The notes below the pieces were generated by a model. The model saw only the letters and a list, made by a program, of their open reading frames with translations. It was not told where the DNA came from and searched no databases. A stretch of DNA of 64,000 bases, taken from assembly GCA_963796965.1 (NCBI GenBank), contig CAWCNS010000007.1, positions 256,001-320,000 on the forward strand, read 5' to 3'. The translations under genes and the position numbers were made by a program. Position 1 is the stretch's first letter; each line of letters begins with the position of its first letter. This DNA comes from Calditrichia bacterium (GTDB lineage Bacteria; Calditrichota; Calditrichia; JAJRVZ01). This document shows, one piece after another, positions 53,773-64,000 of this stretch.

Positions 53773-54618
53773 ATGACAAATTCAAAGATTACCATACCAT
53801 CTCTAAAAGAAAAGAAAAAAAACAGGGAATTAATCACCATGTTAACTGCGTATGATTATCCCAGTGCCCGATTAGTTGATAAGGCTGGTATTGATATTAT
53901 CCTGGTTGGTGATAGCCTGGCAATGACAGTCATGGGATATGAAGATACTCTTAAAGTAACGATGGATGAAATGATTCACCATTGTAAAATGGTGGCACGA
54001 GGCAGAGAGAATGCCCTGTTAATTGGTGACATGCCCTTCATGTCTTATCAGGCCAGCAAATCAAGTGCGATTAGAAATGCCGGACGATTCCTCAAAGAAG
54101 GAGGTATGGATGCCGTTAAATTAGAGGGTGGCAAAGGCATCTCACCGACAATAAAAACGATTGTTAATAGTGGGATCTCTGTTATGGGACATATTGGATT
54201 AACACCGCAATTAGTGTCAAAACTGGGTGGTTATCGGATGCAAGGTAAGAAAGCAGAAGAAGCAAAACTTTTGATTGATGATGCCTGTGCTCTGGAAGAT
54301 GCCGGTTGTTTTTCAATTGTATTGGAAGCCATTCCGGACGCATTAGCAGAGATGATTACAGCAGAAATATCCATTCCCACAATTGGTATTGGTGCTGGTA
54401 AACATTGTAATGGCCAGGTACTTGTTTATCACGATCTATTGGGTTTGTATCATCAGAATACGCCAAAATTTGTAAAACAATATGCCAATTTAAATAATAT
54501 AATTTCAGATGCTGTAATGCACTATCGTCAGGATGTGATCCAGGGTAAATTTCCAGCCGATGAACAAAGTTTTAAAATGGATAAAAAAGAACTGCAACGA
54601 TTAAAGAAATTGAAATGA
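53773..54618 (+). CDS. panB: ketopantoate hydroxymethyltransferase
   Basis: LTAYD, LVGDSL, DMPFMSY, VKLEGG, GHIGLTPQ. Confidence 0.97.
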   Translation: MTNSKITIPSLKEKKKNRELITMLTAYDYPSARLVDKAGIDIILVGDSLAMTVMGYEDTLKVTMDEMIHHCKMVARGRENALLIGDMPFMSYQASKSSAIRNAGRFLKEGGMDAVKLEGGKGISPTIKTIVNSGISVMGHIGLTPQLVSKLGGYRMQGKKAEEAKLLIDDACALEDAGCFSIVLEAIPDALAEMITAEISIPTIGIGAGKHCNGQVLVYHDLLGLYHQNTPKFVKQYANLNNIISDAVMHYRQDVIQGKFPADEQSFKMDKKELQRLKKLK

Positions 54619-55454
54619 GGACTACGAATGATATAAACGAAATTAGATCATTTCGTTGGAAACAACCTGGATTAACCTGGGGTTTGGTGCCTACAATGGG
54701 GGCGTTGCATGATGGCCATCTCAGCCTGATCAAGCAAGCCCGGAAAGAAAATGATAAATTAGGGGTCAGTATCTTTGTTAACCCCATTCAATTTAATAAT
54801 CCCGCTGATTTGGAAGCCTATCCGGTTTCCTATGAGCGTGACTTGGATATTCTTAGTCAAGAGAACGTCGACCTGGTATGGATTCCCGATAAAAAAGATA
54901 TTTATCCTTCAGATTTTCAATCATATATTGAAATTAAACAGCTCTCGGAAATCCTCGAAGGAAAATCGCGACCGGGGCACTTTAAGGGCGTTTCAACGGT
55001 TGTTGCTATCCTATTCAATGTTTTTCAACCTGTCCGCGCGTATTTTGGGCAAAAAGATGCGCAACAATTGCTGATTATTAAACAGATGGTAAAGGATCTC
55101 CAATTCAACATCGAGATTGTATCTTGTCCGACCATACGCGATGCGTATGGGCTTGCGATCAGCTCAAGGAATCAGAATTTAAGTATTAAGGGTAAAAAGC
55201 AGGCTGGATGTCTCTATAAAGCCCTGTCAGAGGCGGATAAGGCTATTTTAGCAGGGGAGAGGGATGCAGGAAGAGTGAAAAGTCTCATTAAAAATATAAT
55301 CTCGGAACATTCACTTGCCAAAATTGATTATATTAGTATCGCGAATCCTGAGACCTTAATTGAGATCAAGACTATTATGCAAAAGACTCTGATTTCTTTA
55401 GCTGTATACATTGAAAAGGTGCGATTAATTGACAATCTAACCGTAGAAATATAG
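54615..55454 (+). CDS. panC: pantoate-beta-alanine ligase
   Basis: PTMGALHDGH, FVNPIQF, RPGHF, FGQKDAQQ, SSRN, RLIDN. Confidence 0.97.
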   Translation: MRTTNDINEIRSFRWKQPGLTWGLVPTMGALHDGHLSLIKQARKENDKLGVSIFVNPIQFNNPADLEAYPVSYERDLDILSQENVDLVWIPDKKDIYPSDFQSYIEIKQLSEILEGKSRPGHFKGVSTVVAILFNVFQPVRAYFGQKDAQQLLIIKQMVKDLQFNIEIVSCPTIRDAYGLAISSRNQNLSIKGKKQAGCLYKALSEADKAILAGERDAGRVKSLIKNIISEHSLAKIDYISIANPETLIEIKTIMQKTLISLAVYIEKVRLIDNLTVEI

Positions 55455-55497
55455 TTAGACTGGCTTAAAACTACATTAAAATGAGAGAGAAATAAAA

Positions 55498-55839
55498 GTG
55501 CGCTGGTTATTACGATCTAAAATTACCCATGCTATTGTAAAAGAAGCAGATATTAACTACATAGGAAGTATAACCATTGATCAAGATTTGATCGAGAAGT
55601 CAGGATTGATGGTAGGTGAGAAAGTACTCGTGGTGAGCAATACATCCGGTGCGCGACTGGAAACTTATGTTATACCGGGAGCGCGAGGTTCAGGAATCAT
55701 TGGGATGAATGGTGCAGCAGCGCATTTAATAAAAGTTGGTGAAGAAATTATCATTATGGGCTTCGAACTCTCTGAGAAACCTGTTTCACCTCAAATTGTA
55801 TTGGTTAATAAAAACAATCAATTTGAACGCTATATATAG
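55498..55839 (+). CDS. panD: aspartate 1-decarboxylase
   Basis: YIGSITID (G-S cleavage), RLETYVI, NGAAAH. Confidence 0.96.
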   Translation: MRWLLRSKITHAIVKEADINYIGSITIDQDLIEKSGLMVGEKVLVVSNTSGARLETYVIPGARGSGIIGMNGAAAHLIKVGEEIIIMGFELSEKPVSPQIVLVNKNNQFERYI

Positions 55840-56008
55840 TTCCATTCCACTGGCAACAGAAGATATAACTTTCCCGGTTGTATTGCTGATTGCTTAATGT
55901 TAAATTTATAATTTATTTCACAGAGCATAGTTGTGAAAGGATAATTTAAATATCTTCGTTGCGTTGCTGCGCCGTTGAACAATAAAACTAATTCTCACTA
56001 TTGCAGAT

Positions 56009-56746
56009 TTGAAAACAAAACTAGTGTACACTCTACTAATCCCAGCCTATAACGCCGGGCAAACGATCTCCAAGTTACTTTCACAGATAGATTCAATTGG
56101 AGAGAAACCACAAAAAATCATTGTTGTTGATGATGGTTCTCAGGATGATACCTCTACAATTTGTCAGGATCATGATGTAGAGATACTTTCTCACGAGAAG
56201 AATAAAGGAAAGGGAAGAGCACTAAAAACTGGATTTGAGGCATTGTTAGGCCAGGAAGATTCAGATTATTTGCTCTGTATGGATGCAGACCTGCAACATC
56301 CGGTGGCATCGATTCCTGATTTCCTGCAAAAAGCAGGATCCGGCAGTCGTTTTATTATTGGATCCAGGGATAGATCTCTTAAGGCAATGCCTCCGCACCG
56401 TATTCTTTCGAATACAATAACCTCGTTTATTCTTTCTATTATCACCGGGCAAAGAATCGAAGACAGTCAATGCGGTTATCGGATGGTTCATCGTGATGTA
56501 ATTAATAAATTGCAATTAAATGAAGATGGCTATCAATTGGAAAGTGAAATGCTCCTTGAAGCCGCTCGAAACGATATAAAAATAGATTTTATCCCAATAC
56601 CAACTATCTATAACGATGAAAAATCCCATATGGGTAATTTTTCCGATACAATAAAATTTATCCGACTTATATTTAAATATATTTTGGGTAGTTTATTAAA
56701 ACGATTTCTCGCAGCGCCGCAACGACGCAGAGAGAACGATCCTTAA
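56009..56746 (+). CDS. glycosyltransferase family 2 (DPM1-like)
   Basis: IPAYN, VDDGSQD, NKGKGRA, MDADLQH, DSQCGYR. Confidence 0.92.
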   Translation: MKTKLVYTLLIPAYNAGQTISKLLSQIDSIGEKPQKIIVVDDGSQDDTSTICQDHDVEILSHEKNKGKGRALKTGFEALLGQEDSDYLLCMDADLQHPVASIPDFLQKAGSGSRFIIGSRDRSLKAMPPHRILSNTITSFILSIITGQRIEDSQCGYRMVHRDVINKLQLNEDGYQLESEMLLEAARNDIKIDFIPIPTIYNDEKSHMGNFSDTIKFIRLIFKYILGSLLKRFLAAPQRRRENDP

Positions 56747-56760
56747 CTTGACATTAAATC

Positions 56761-56856
56761 GTCATCCTGTATGGATCTTCCTACTTGTCGATAAATACCT
56801 CTCAAGGAGGAGGATTCCTATCCCGAGACGCGATCCCGTTCCGGGATAGAATGACA
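56761..56856. repeat. palindromic intergenic repeat (family B), copy 2
   Basis: Terminal GTCAT...ATGAC inverted ends; similar to 48840-48927. Confidence 0.75.
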
Positions 56857-56923
56857 ATTTTAATAGAAGAAATTTGTAAAACTTTGCGTCTTGGCGGCTT
56901 TGCGTGAGGTTAATTTATCAATA

Positions 56924-57538
56924 ATGATATACAAAAAAAAATTACATAAAATGACCCAGCGCTTGAGGGAGCTGGGAATTAAAGATGAGGCTGTTCTCAA
57001 AGCGATAGGTACCGTTCCCAGGCACCTGTTTATTTCAAGTGCGTTTGAGTTTCAGGCCTATGATGAAAAAGCCTTACCAATAGGACATGGACAGACTATC
57101 TCACATCCCTATACGGTAGCGAGGATGACCGAATTACTTGATGTTAAAAGAGGAAATAAAGTTCTGGAAATTGGGACCGGCTCGGGTTATCAGGCTGCGA
57201 TATTATGTGCCATGGGCGTACAAGTCTTCTCAATTGAAATTGTAAAGCCATTAGCCCATCAGGCACGAAAAGTATTATTTGACCTGGATTTTAATCCGGC
57301 ATTGCGTATAGGGAACGGAAGTCATGGCTGGCGGTCCCATGCACCCTATAAAGGTATTATTGTAACGGCAGGGGCACCTGTATTGCCAGAGCAATTGATT
57401 CGACAATTGGATACCGGAGGAAGGTTATTAATTCCCTTAGGTCCACAAGACGAACAACAATTAACCATGTATAAAAAGGAAGAACAGGGTATTGAGGAAG
57501 TTCTTCTGGATACATTTAAATTTGTACCCTTGGTTTAG
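56924..57538 (+). CDS. pcm: protein-L-isoaspartate O-methyltransferase
   Basis: VPRHLF, GQTISHP, VLEIGTGSGYQAA, FVPLV. Confidence 0.95.
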   Translation: MIYKKKLHKMTQRLRELGIKDEAVLKAIGTVPRHLFISSAFEFQAYDEKALPIGHGQTISHPYTVARMTELLDVKRGNKVLEIGTGSGYQAAILCAMGVQVFSIEIVKPLAHQARKVLFDLDFNPALRIGNGSHGWRSHAPYKGIIVTAGAPVLPEQLIRQLDTGGRLLIPLGPQDEQQLTMYKKEEQGIEEVLLDTFKFVPLV

Positions 57539-57681
57539 ACATTTGCCTGATGTATTATTTTATTTCACGCAAAGACACCAAATCTCAAAGTTTCTCCACG
57601 AATTGAAAGAATTTAGACGAATTTCACGAATTACAATTTATATTTAAACTACTACATTAAATTTAGAATCGGATATAATTT

Positions 57682-58569
57682 ATGATAAAATTAAAGCATG
57701 AGATACGCATCTTCTTTATTGGAGCAGCTATGGGGGTAGCCAATATTATTCCCGGAGTAAGTGGTGGAACCATTGCCGTCGTTTTTGGAATTTATGAAGA
57801 ACTTATGGAGGCTTTGGGCAATTTTATAACAGACAAAGAAAAACGCTGGCAATATATAAAATTTTTAGCGGTGCTCTTTTCCGGTTCGCTTCTGGCTGTA
57901 CTTTCTCTTGCCCGTGTGCTGAGTTGGTCCTTCGAAAATTATCCCTTGCCCACGGTCTATTTCTTTTTAGGATTGATTGTCGGAAGCATTCCAATTGTCA
58001 TCAAAAGTCATTCTGATATGAAATTTGACCTACGTCGCGGTCTGTCATTTATGATTGGACTGATTGGTGTGATTGTGTTGGCGTTGCTGCAGGCAGGTTC
58101 TGGTGATGCGACTAATGTCTACGATATTTCAAACATAAATATTTTTTCGTATTTATATTTTGCTTTTGCCGGCGCCATTGCTGCTTCTGCTATGATTATT
58201 CCCGGGGTCAGCGGATCATTTATTCTCATTCTTTTGGGAGTATATTGGACGGTTTTAGGCGCTATAAGTGATGTGACAGGATCTCTTTTGTCTGACGGTC
58301 TAACACCTGAAATGACAACCCGAATATTTATTCTTGCCGCTCTTGGCATTGGTGTGGTTTTTGGTATTCTGATATTTTCAAAAATAATGAGCTGGGCGTT
58401 AAAACATCATCCAGCGCTCACGATGTATATGATTCTTGGCTTAATTATCGGGTCAATATATCAAATATTTCCCGGATTTGAAATATCTTCACATGGAATT
58501 ATTGCCATTGTAACATTCGTAATCGGCGTTATTATATCGCTCAAATTCGGGGTTGAAAAGGAAGAATGA
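57682..58569 (+). CDS. DUF368 membrane protein (undecaprenyl-phosphate translocase family)
   Basis: MGVANIIPGVSGGTIA and AMIIPGVSGSFIL repeats. Confidence 0.92.
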   Translation: MIKLKHEIRIFFIGAAMGVANIIPGVSGGTIAVVFGIYEELMEALGNFITDKEKRWQYIKFLAVLFSGSLLAVLSLARVLSWSFENYPLPTVYFFLGLIVGSIPIVIKSHSDMKFDLRRGLSFMIGLIGVIVLALLQAGSGDATNVYDISNINIFSYLYFAFAGAIAASAMIIPGVSGSFILILLGVYWTVLGAISDVTGSLLSDGLTPEMTTRIFILAALGIGVVFGILIFSKIMSWALKHHPALTMYMILGLIIGSIYQIFPGFEISSHGIIAIVTFVIGVIISLKFGVEKEE

Positions 58570-58655
58570 TCATACTTATACCTTAAGATATTTTCTCGCA
58601 GCGCTTTAGTGCCGCAGCGAGAAATAAGTCTATAATTAATACAAGATTACATACC

Positions 58656-58684
58656 TTGATTTATACTATCTGCATGATTAAATT
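58656..58684 (+). promoter_or_regulatory. sigma70-like tRNA promoter
   Basis: TTGATT-N17-TAAATT, the same hexamers as the other tRNA promoter. Confidence 0.65.
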
Positions 58685-58708
58685 GAATGTTTATGATGTG
58701 AATAATAT

Positions 58709-58785
<77 letters not shown>

Positions 58786-58805
58786 CAATATTGCAATAAT
58801 AATTA

Positions 58806-58860
58806 TTCGGGAACGTAAGGGAGTCCCGCCAGTGAGCGGGAAAATCCTCTCGCCCCGACA
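58806..58860 (+). repeat. degenerate duplicate of the tRNA-Pro(CGG) 3' half
   Basis: TTCGGGA(A)CGTAAGG, an inserted hairpin, then exact AAATCCTCTCGCCCCGACA (58766-58784 = 58842-58860). Confidence 0.85.
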
Positions 58861-59019
58861 TTTTGGGACAAGTCAGATGTCATAATTTAACGAAAGTAAA
58901 GTGACGTCTTCAAGAAAAAAGAAAAAAGACAAAACTATAGATAAAAATACTAATTACTATTATCTCAAATGTATTTACTAATCTTTTTTCCTTTTTCTTT
59001 TATCTTTTTTCTTTTTTAT

Positions 59020-59045
59020 CTCTGCGTCTTTGCGTCTCTGCGAGA
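59020..59045. repeat. representative of 8-bp-period intergenic repeat family A
   Basis: CTCTGCGT CTTTGCGT CTCTGCGAGA; related copies listed under findings. Confidence 0.75.
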
Positions 59046-59108
59046 AAAAAAGTAACAATTATAACAATATTTGCTTATTTCGTAACCACCCCCAGGAGTA
59101 ACAATTTC

Positions 59109-61578
59109 ATGGCAATTCCCTTTCAAAAAATAGATGAAAAATGGAAAGAATATTGGGATAAAAATGGTACCTATCAGATCGATATGGATGATCACCGGAA
59201 AAAATGTTATTGCCTGGTTATGTTTCCTTACCCCTCTGCAGATAAATTGCATTTAGGTCACTGGTTCAATTATGCCCCCGCTGACACCTGGTCCCGCTTA
59301 AAACGTTTACAGGGATATAATGTCTTCCAGCCTATGGGTTTTGACTCTTTTGGGTTGCCTGCAGAAAACTATGCCATAAAAACCGGTGTACACCCTCAGG
59401 ACACAACAGAGGCCAATGTGAAGTTTATCCGTGGCCAGTTGAAAGATATTGGAGCCATGTATGACTGGCGTCATGAAGTGATTACAAGTTCACCAGAATA
59501 TTATAAATGGACACAGTGGCTTTTCTTGCAATTTTTTAAAAAAGGACTCGCCTATAGAGAAAACGCAGCCGTAAATTGGTGCCCGAGTTGTCAAACTGTT
59601 CTTGCTAATGAACAGGTCCATGAGGGATATTGTGAACGTTGCCAGTCGGCTGTAGATAAGAAATTTTTAACACAATGGTTTTTAAAAATTACTGCGTATG
59701 CGGATAGGTTGCTTGATGGTCTGGATAAGATAGAATGGCCTGAGAAAACAAAGTTGATGCAAAAAAACTGGATTGGTAAAAGCCATGGGGCTGATATTCA
59801 GTTTACTATAGATTCTGAGAATAAGGAAAATGTAACTGTTTTTACAACCCGCCCTGATACGTTATTTGGGGCCACCTATCTCGTTTTGGCCCCAGAACAT
59901 CCACTCGTGGATAAAATTACCACCCCAGGCCAGAAAAAAGAGGTCGAATCCTACAAGAAACAAGCCGCACGTATCAGTGAAATTGATCGTGTCTCAACAG
60001 TTCGTGAAAAAACCGGCGTTTTTACCGGATCGTATGCCATCAATCCTGTCAATAATGAGAAAATACCGGTATGGGTCGCCGACTATGTGCTTCATACCTA
60101 TGGGACTGGTGCGATAATGGCTGTTCCGGGACATGATGAGCGCGACTTTGAGTTCGCTAAAAAATTTAAAATTCCGATTATTAAGGTAATTATTGAATCC
60201 GGTACAGATCCGCAAGCACCGTTGGACAATGCTTTCGCTGGAGAAGGTACCATGATCAACTCAGGGAAATATGATGGTTTGTCCTCAGTAAATGGCATAA
60301 ATAAAATTACCACAGATCTTGAAGAGCAGGGCGTGGGAATATCTGCAATTAAGTATAAATTTCGTGACTGGCTCATTTCACGCCAGCGCTATTGGGGTGC
60401 TCCCATACCAATTATTTTTTGTGATGATTGTGGTGAGGTACCTGTGCCGGATGAAGATCTGCCTGTTTTACTTCCCTATGATGTTGAATTTAAGCCTAAG
60501 GGTGTTCCACCGTTGGCTACTTCTGACAGTTTTTTTCATACCACGTGCCCTAAATGTGGTAAAAAGGCCACCCGTGAAGTTGACACCATGGACACTTTTG
60601 TAGACTCGTCATGGTACTTTTTGCGTTATACAAGCGCTAATATGGATGATAAGGCCTGGGATTTAAAAAAGGTGCGGGACTGGTTGCCCGTCGATCAATA
60701 TATTGGTGGTGTGGACCATGCTACTATGCATTTGCTATATGCCCGATTCTTCGTTATGGCATTATACGATATGGGCCTCGTTCCTTTTGAAGAGCCTTTT
60801 CATAAGTTGGTTCACCAGGGAATTATTAAGGGCCCTGATGGTATGCGCATGTCAAAAACCCGTGGGAATGTTATAAATCCGGAGAAATACTTAAGCAAAT
60901 ACGGCAGTGATGTATTTCGAATGTTTTTAATGTTTGGATTCGATTTTCAATCTGGTGGCCCCTGGGATGATTCAGGAATTGCCGCTATCGATAAATTTTT
61001 AAATCGAATCTGGAGATTTACTGAGAACAATATTGAACCATTAAAAACCTCTCATTTACAGAATGAATCTGGGCAGAGTGAAGAGAGCCTTTTGCGTGTC
61101 ATGCATCATTCTATAAAAGGTGTTACTCATGATGCTGAACGTTTTCATTTCAATACGGCAATAAGCCGTTTGATGGAATTAGTTAACGAATTATACCGTT
61201 ATGTGGGAGACGTTTTACCCGCCAATCAAAATTCAATTCTTCTTAAAGAAGCTGTAAAAAATTTATTTATCCTATTGGCTCCTTTTGCTCCCCATATTGC
61301 TGAGGAATTATGGGAAAAAATTGGTGGAGCCCCATCGATATTTGATCAGAAATGGCCAGAATTTGACCCAAAATACCTGGAACAGGATGAAATAACCTGG
61401 GTTATACAAGTTAATGGAAAAATTCGTGAGCGTACCCAGGGAAAAATTGATTTGAATGAGAAGGAAGCAGAGGAACTCGCTTTAAATACAGGCAGAATTC
61501 CATCTCTTCTCGAAGGAAAGCAAATTCGCAAGGTCATCGTTGTTCCACGTAAACTCATAAATATTGTCAGCTTCGTGA
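59109..61578 (+). CDS. leuS: leucyl-tRNA synthetase
   Basis: MFPYPS..LHLGH, GFDSFGLPAEN, YGTGAIMAVPGHD, RMSKT, QVNGKIR, VVPRKLINIV; true stop probably TGA 61576-61578. Confidence 0.95.
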
Positions 61579-63063
61579 ATTCTATTATTGAACCTATACT
61601 TACTGTTTCATTCTCTGACTGGCTGATTGCCGTTACAGGATTTATATCTATAGGAATTTTTCTCCTTATTACCGAATTTACCCGAAGAAACTTTAATCTT
61701 TCAACAAGTTTGACCCGCAAATTTATCCATATCCTCACGGGATTGATTGTTTGTTTTGTCGCTTTATTTTTAGAATCAAACAAGCCCATTCAAATCTTTG
61801 CATTCTTTTATATCTTTATTGATATCTGGTCACTTAAAACAGGTAGATTTCAAAGCATTCACCCTGACCGACGTTCTCTTGGTACAATTTTTTATGCGGT
61901 CTCAGTTTTTATTCTCGTTTCAATTTTCTGGGGCGACAATAAATCTCTATTTATCATAACAAATCTGATTATGATTATACCAGATGCAATGGCGGCAATT
62001 ATAGGTGAGAGATATGCTAAGGACTATTTTACACCCCTGGGTGAGAAAAAGTCTTTAATTGGCGCAATGACGATGCTAATTCTTACCTTCACTATTGTGT
62101 TTATTTCTTCCTACATTTTTTTTAGTATTTCAATCATTGACGGAATTGTAATTGGTATAATCATTGGTATCATAGCAACAACAGCAGAATTACTATCAAT
62201 TCGTGGATCTGACAATCTTAGTGTTCCACTTATTTCCGGATTGTTTTTGTTTTACATTTTTACTTCCAATTCATATCAGTTCATTATAATTGGTATCCTT
62301 GCTGCGGTGGCGGTTGCTTATAGCAGTTATAATATGAAATTTCTGGATATTGGTGGATCGATGCTTGCATTTTTAATGGGTAGTGTTTTGTTTGGATTGG
62401 GCGGTTGGCAATATACTCTGCCTATTATATTATTTTTTTCATCCTCTAGCGTTTTATCAAAAGTAGGGAAGTACAAGAAAAGGGTAGTGGAGGAAGTTTA
62501 TCAAAAATCCAGCCAGAGGGATTTTTATCAGGTTCTTGCAAATGGGGGAATACCTACCATAATTTTTATACTAATATTTGTCAGTGGAGAATCATATCTT
62601 TACTCATTATACCTGATTTCAATTGCTGCTGCCACCGCTGATACATGGGCAACTGAACTAGGGATATTTTCGAGCAAAGATCCATTTCTTATTACAAATT
62701 TTAAGTCAGTAAAACCAGGAACCTCCGGAGCTATCTCCATGCCAGGCAGTATGGCCTCGCTATTGGCTAGCGCAATTATTACTATTTCAGGGTGTGTCTT
62801 TATCTCTTTTTCTACAGAAATCTTTATTATAATTGTCTTCAGTGGATTCATAGGAAGTATTTTTGACAGACTTTCTGGGCGCCACTGCTCAGGGTCAATT
62901 CGAATGTCAATCCTGCAAAAAACTGTCAGAAAATTCCAGTCATTGCAATACACCGGCTAATCTGATTAAAGGCAAGCAATGGTTGGATAACGATATTGTG
63001 AATATATTCTCTATATTTATGGCAACGATCTCGGGAGCAATTATTTTGTATTTGTTTCAATAA
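61575..63063 (+). CDS. phytol/dolichol-kinase-like CTP-transferase domain fused to DUF92 (frameshift near 62868)
   Basis: TRKFIHILTG, DAMAAIIG, KKSLIGA, GSDNLSVP; then RDFYQVLANGG, ADTWATELG, PGTSGAIS, LDNDIVN. Confidence 0.85.
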
Positions 63064-63171
63064 ATTGAAGATAAAGATTTTTAACATATTATTGGTACTT
63101 ATAGAGTATTTATACATATGTTTAAAAGTTAAAATTGGTGGTAAAGGCATTTTATAAGGTGGTACAGAATC

Positions 63172-63450
63172 ATGTGGTATGCAGTCACAGCAAAACCTTT
63201 AAATCTCAAAAACAAAGAAAAGAAAAAAGAGTTCTTTAGTCGCGAGCATGAAATAATTCTTAATGCAGAAACAAAGAGAGAACTTGAACAAAAGTTAATG
63301 GACACAAAGGAAGATTATCCACAAGAATTTAAAAAGTATATGAAGGCTGGTATAAAAATGGTTGAAGCCGACAGTACAGCACAAGCAAAACATTTCGCAA
63401 AAAAGATAAATATATTCTTTGACGAAAAAGGCCAGTACAACTTACTATAA
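63172..63450 (+). CDS. hypothetical protein
   Basis: 92-aa ORF with AAGGTGG RBS; no family recognised. Confidence 0.6.
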   Translation: MWYAVTAKPLNLKNKEKKKEFFSREHEIILNAETKRELEQKLMDTKEDYPQEFKKYMKAGIKMVEADSTAQAKHFAKKINIFFDEKGQYNLL

Positions 63451-63740
63451 GAAAATGCACCTCAAAACACCTATACAATCCATAGAAGACCTTTAAATAC
63501 TAACTATAATGGCAGAATTAGTTATATAATATATATTATGTAAACTAATATATATGGAGCAAATTTCCTTTATGTTTAATAATAACAATGGCTTGTGTGC
63601 GAATTGAATGTGGTCTCGCCCTCCTCCACCTTGTTCCTACCTCTCTCTGGCCATGTTTTCTTTGAATATAACGTTTGTTATGTGTCTCTGATTTATTTAA
63701 ATTTTATTTATATCGCTTAAAAAATAATTATGGAGGTATT

Positions 63741-63947
63741 GTGGATAAAGATATTATGGTTGCAGAATATTTAAAAATATATTTTTCTTGTCATCCCGGG
63801 GAATTGCCCAAGGATCCTGAGCAAGCATTTGAGTTAATGAGCAGGTTGCATAAAAAATATAAAAATATATTTATAGATGATTTTAAATCAAAAAGTGGAA
63901 AGTTTGTTGATAAATTTCTTGATGATGATAAGGATACCTATTTATAG
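63741..63947 (+). CDS. hypothetical small protein
   Basis: GGAGG RBS before GTG 63741; 68 aa; no family recognised. Confidence 0.55.
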   Translation: MDKDIMVAEYLKIYFSCHPGELPKDPEQAFELMSRLHKKYKNIFIDDFKSKSGKFVDKFLDDDKDTYL

Positions 63948-64000
63948 ATTGCCCTGCTCTTCCTGAATAATGTTCTGGCATGATCTGCTTTTTTACAAAT

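Noticed and set aside
58905..59020. T-box or structured leader upstream of leuS
   Set aside because: Low-complexity A-rich and T-rich tracts with no T-box consensus.
59109..62960. 1283-aa LeuRS-membrane kinase fusion in the ORF track
   Set aside because: Removing one base near 61569 gives a normal LeuRS end (NIVAS*) whose TGA overlaps the GTG of the next gene. With this indel rate an artefact is the simplest reading; raw reads would settle it.
63976..63990. sigma54 site TGGCATGATCTGC
   Set aside because: GG-to-GC spacing is 8, not 10.

Overview
AT-rich bacterial chromosomal window, probably FCB-group or Calditrichaeota-like (inferred from gene content and order, not from a search). At least 16 otherwise intact genes carry single-base frameshifts, including essential infB, so most breaks are read as long-read assembly indels rather than pseudogenes. 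Most of the window is housekeeping: truA-tal-degP-purB-purC-psd-pssA-purS-purQ-tatA, nadB, the rimP-nusA-infB-rbfA-truB-ribF-rpsO-pnp operon, panBCD, leuS and two tRNA-Pro genes. The standout is 9.7-16.0 kb. There a TonB-dependent receptor and a tandem-HmuY lipoprotein sit behind a sigma54 -24/-12 promoter with two palindromic enhancer-like sites. Divergent from them are a CcsA/HemX-like membrane protein and a sigma54 activator whose N-terminal sensor is a catalytically degenerate glutamyl-tRNA reductase (HemA). I infer a heme-status sensing system built from repurposed heme-biosynthesis control parts that drives heme uptake. Other points of interest are a degenerate PurC, a degenerate alanine dehydrogenase, a membrane-anchored BlaI-like protein, an uncalled standalone MshEN-like miniprotein, a TsaC-LMW-PTP fusion, a phytol-kinase/DUF92 fusion, a tRNA 3' duplication and four dispersed intergenic repeat families.
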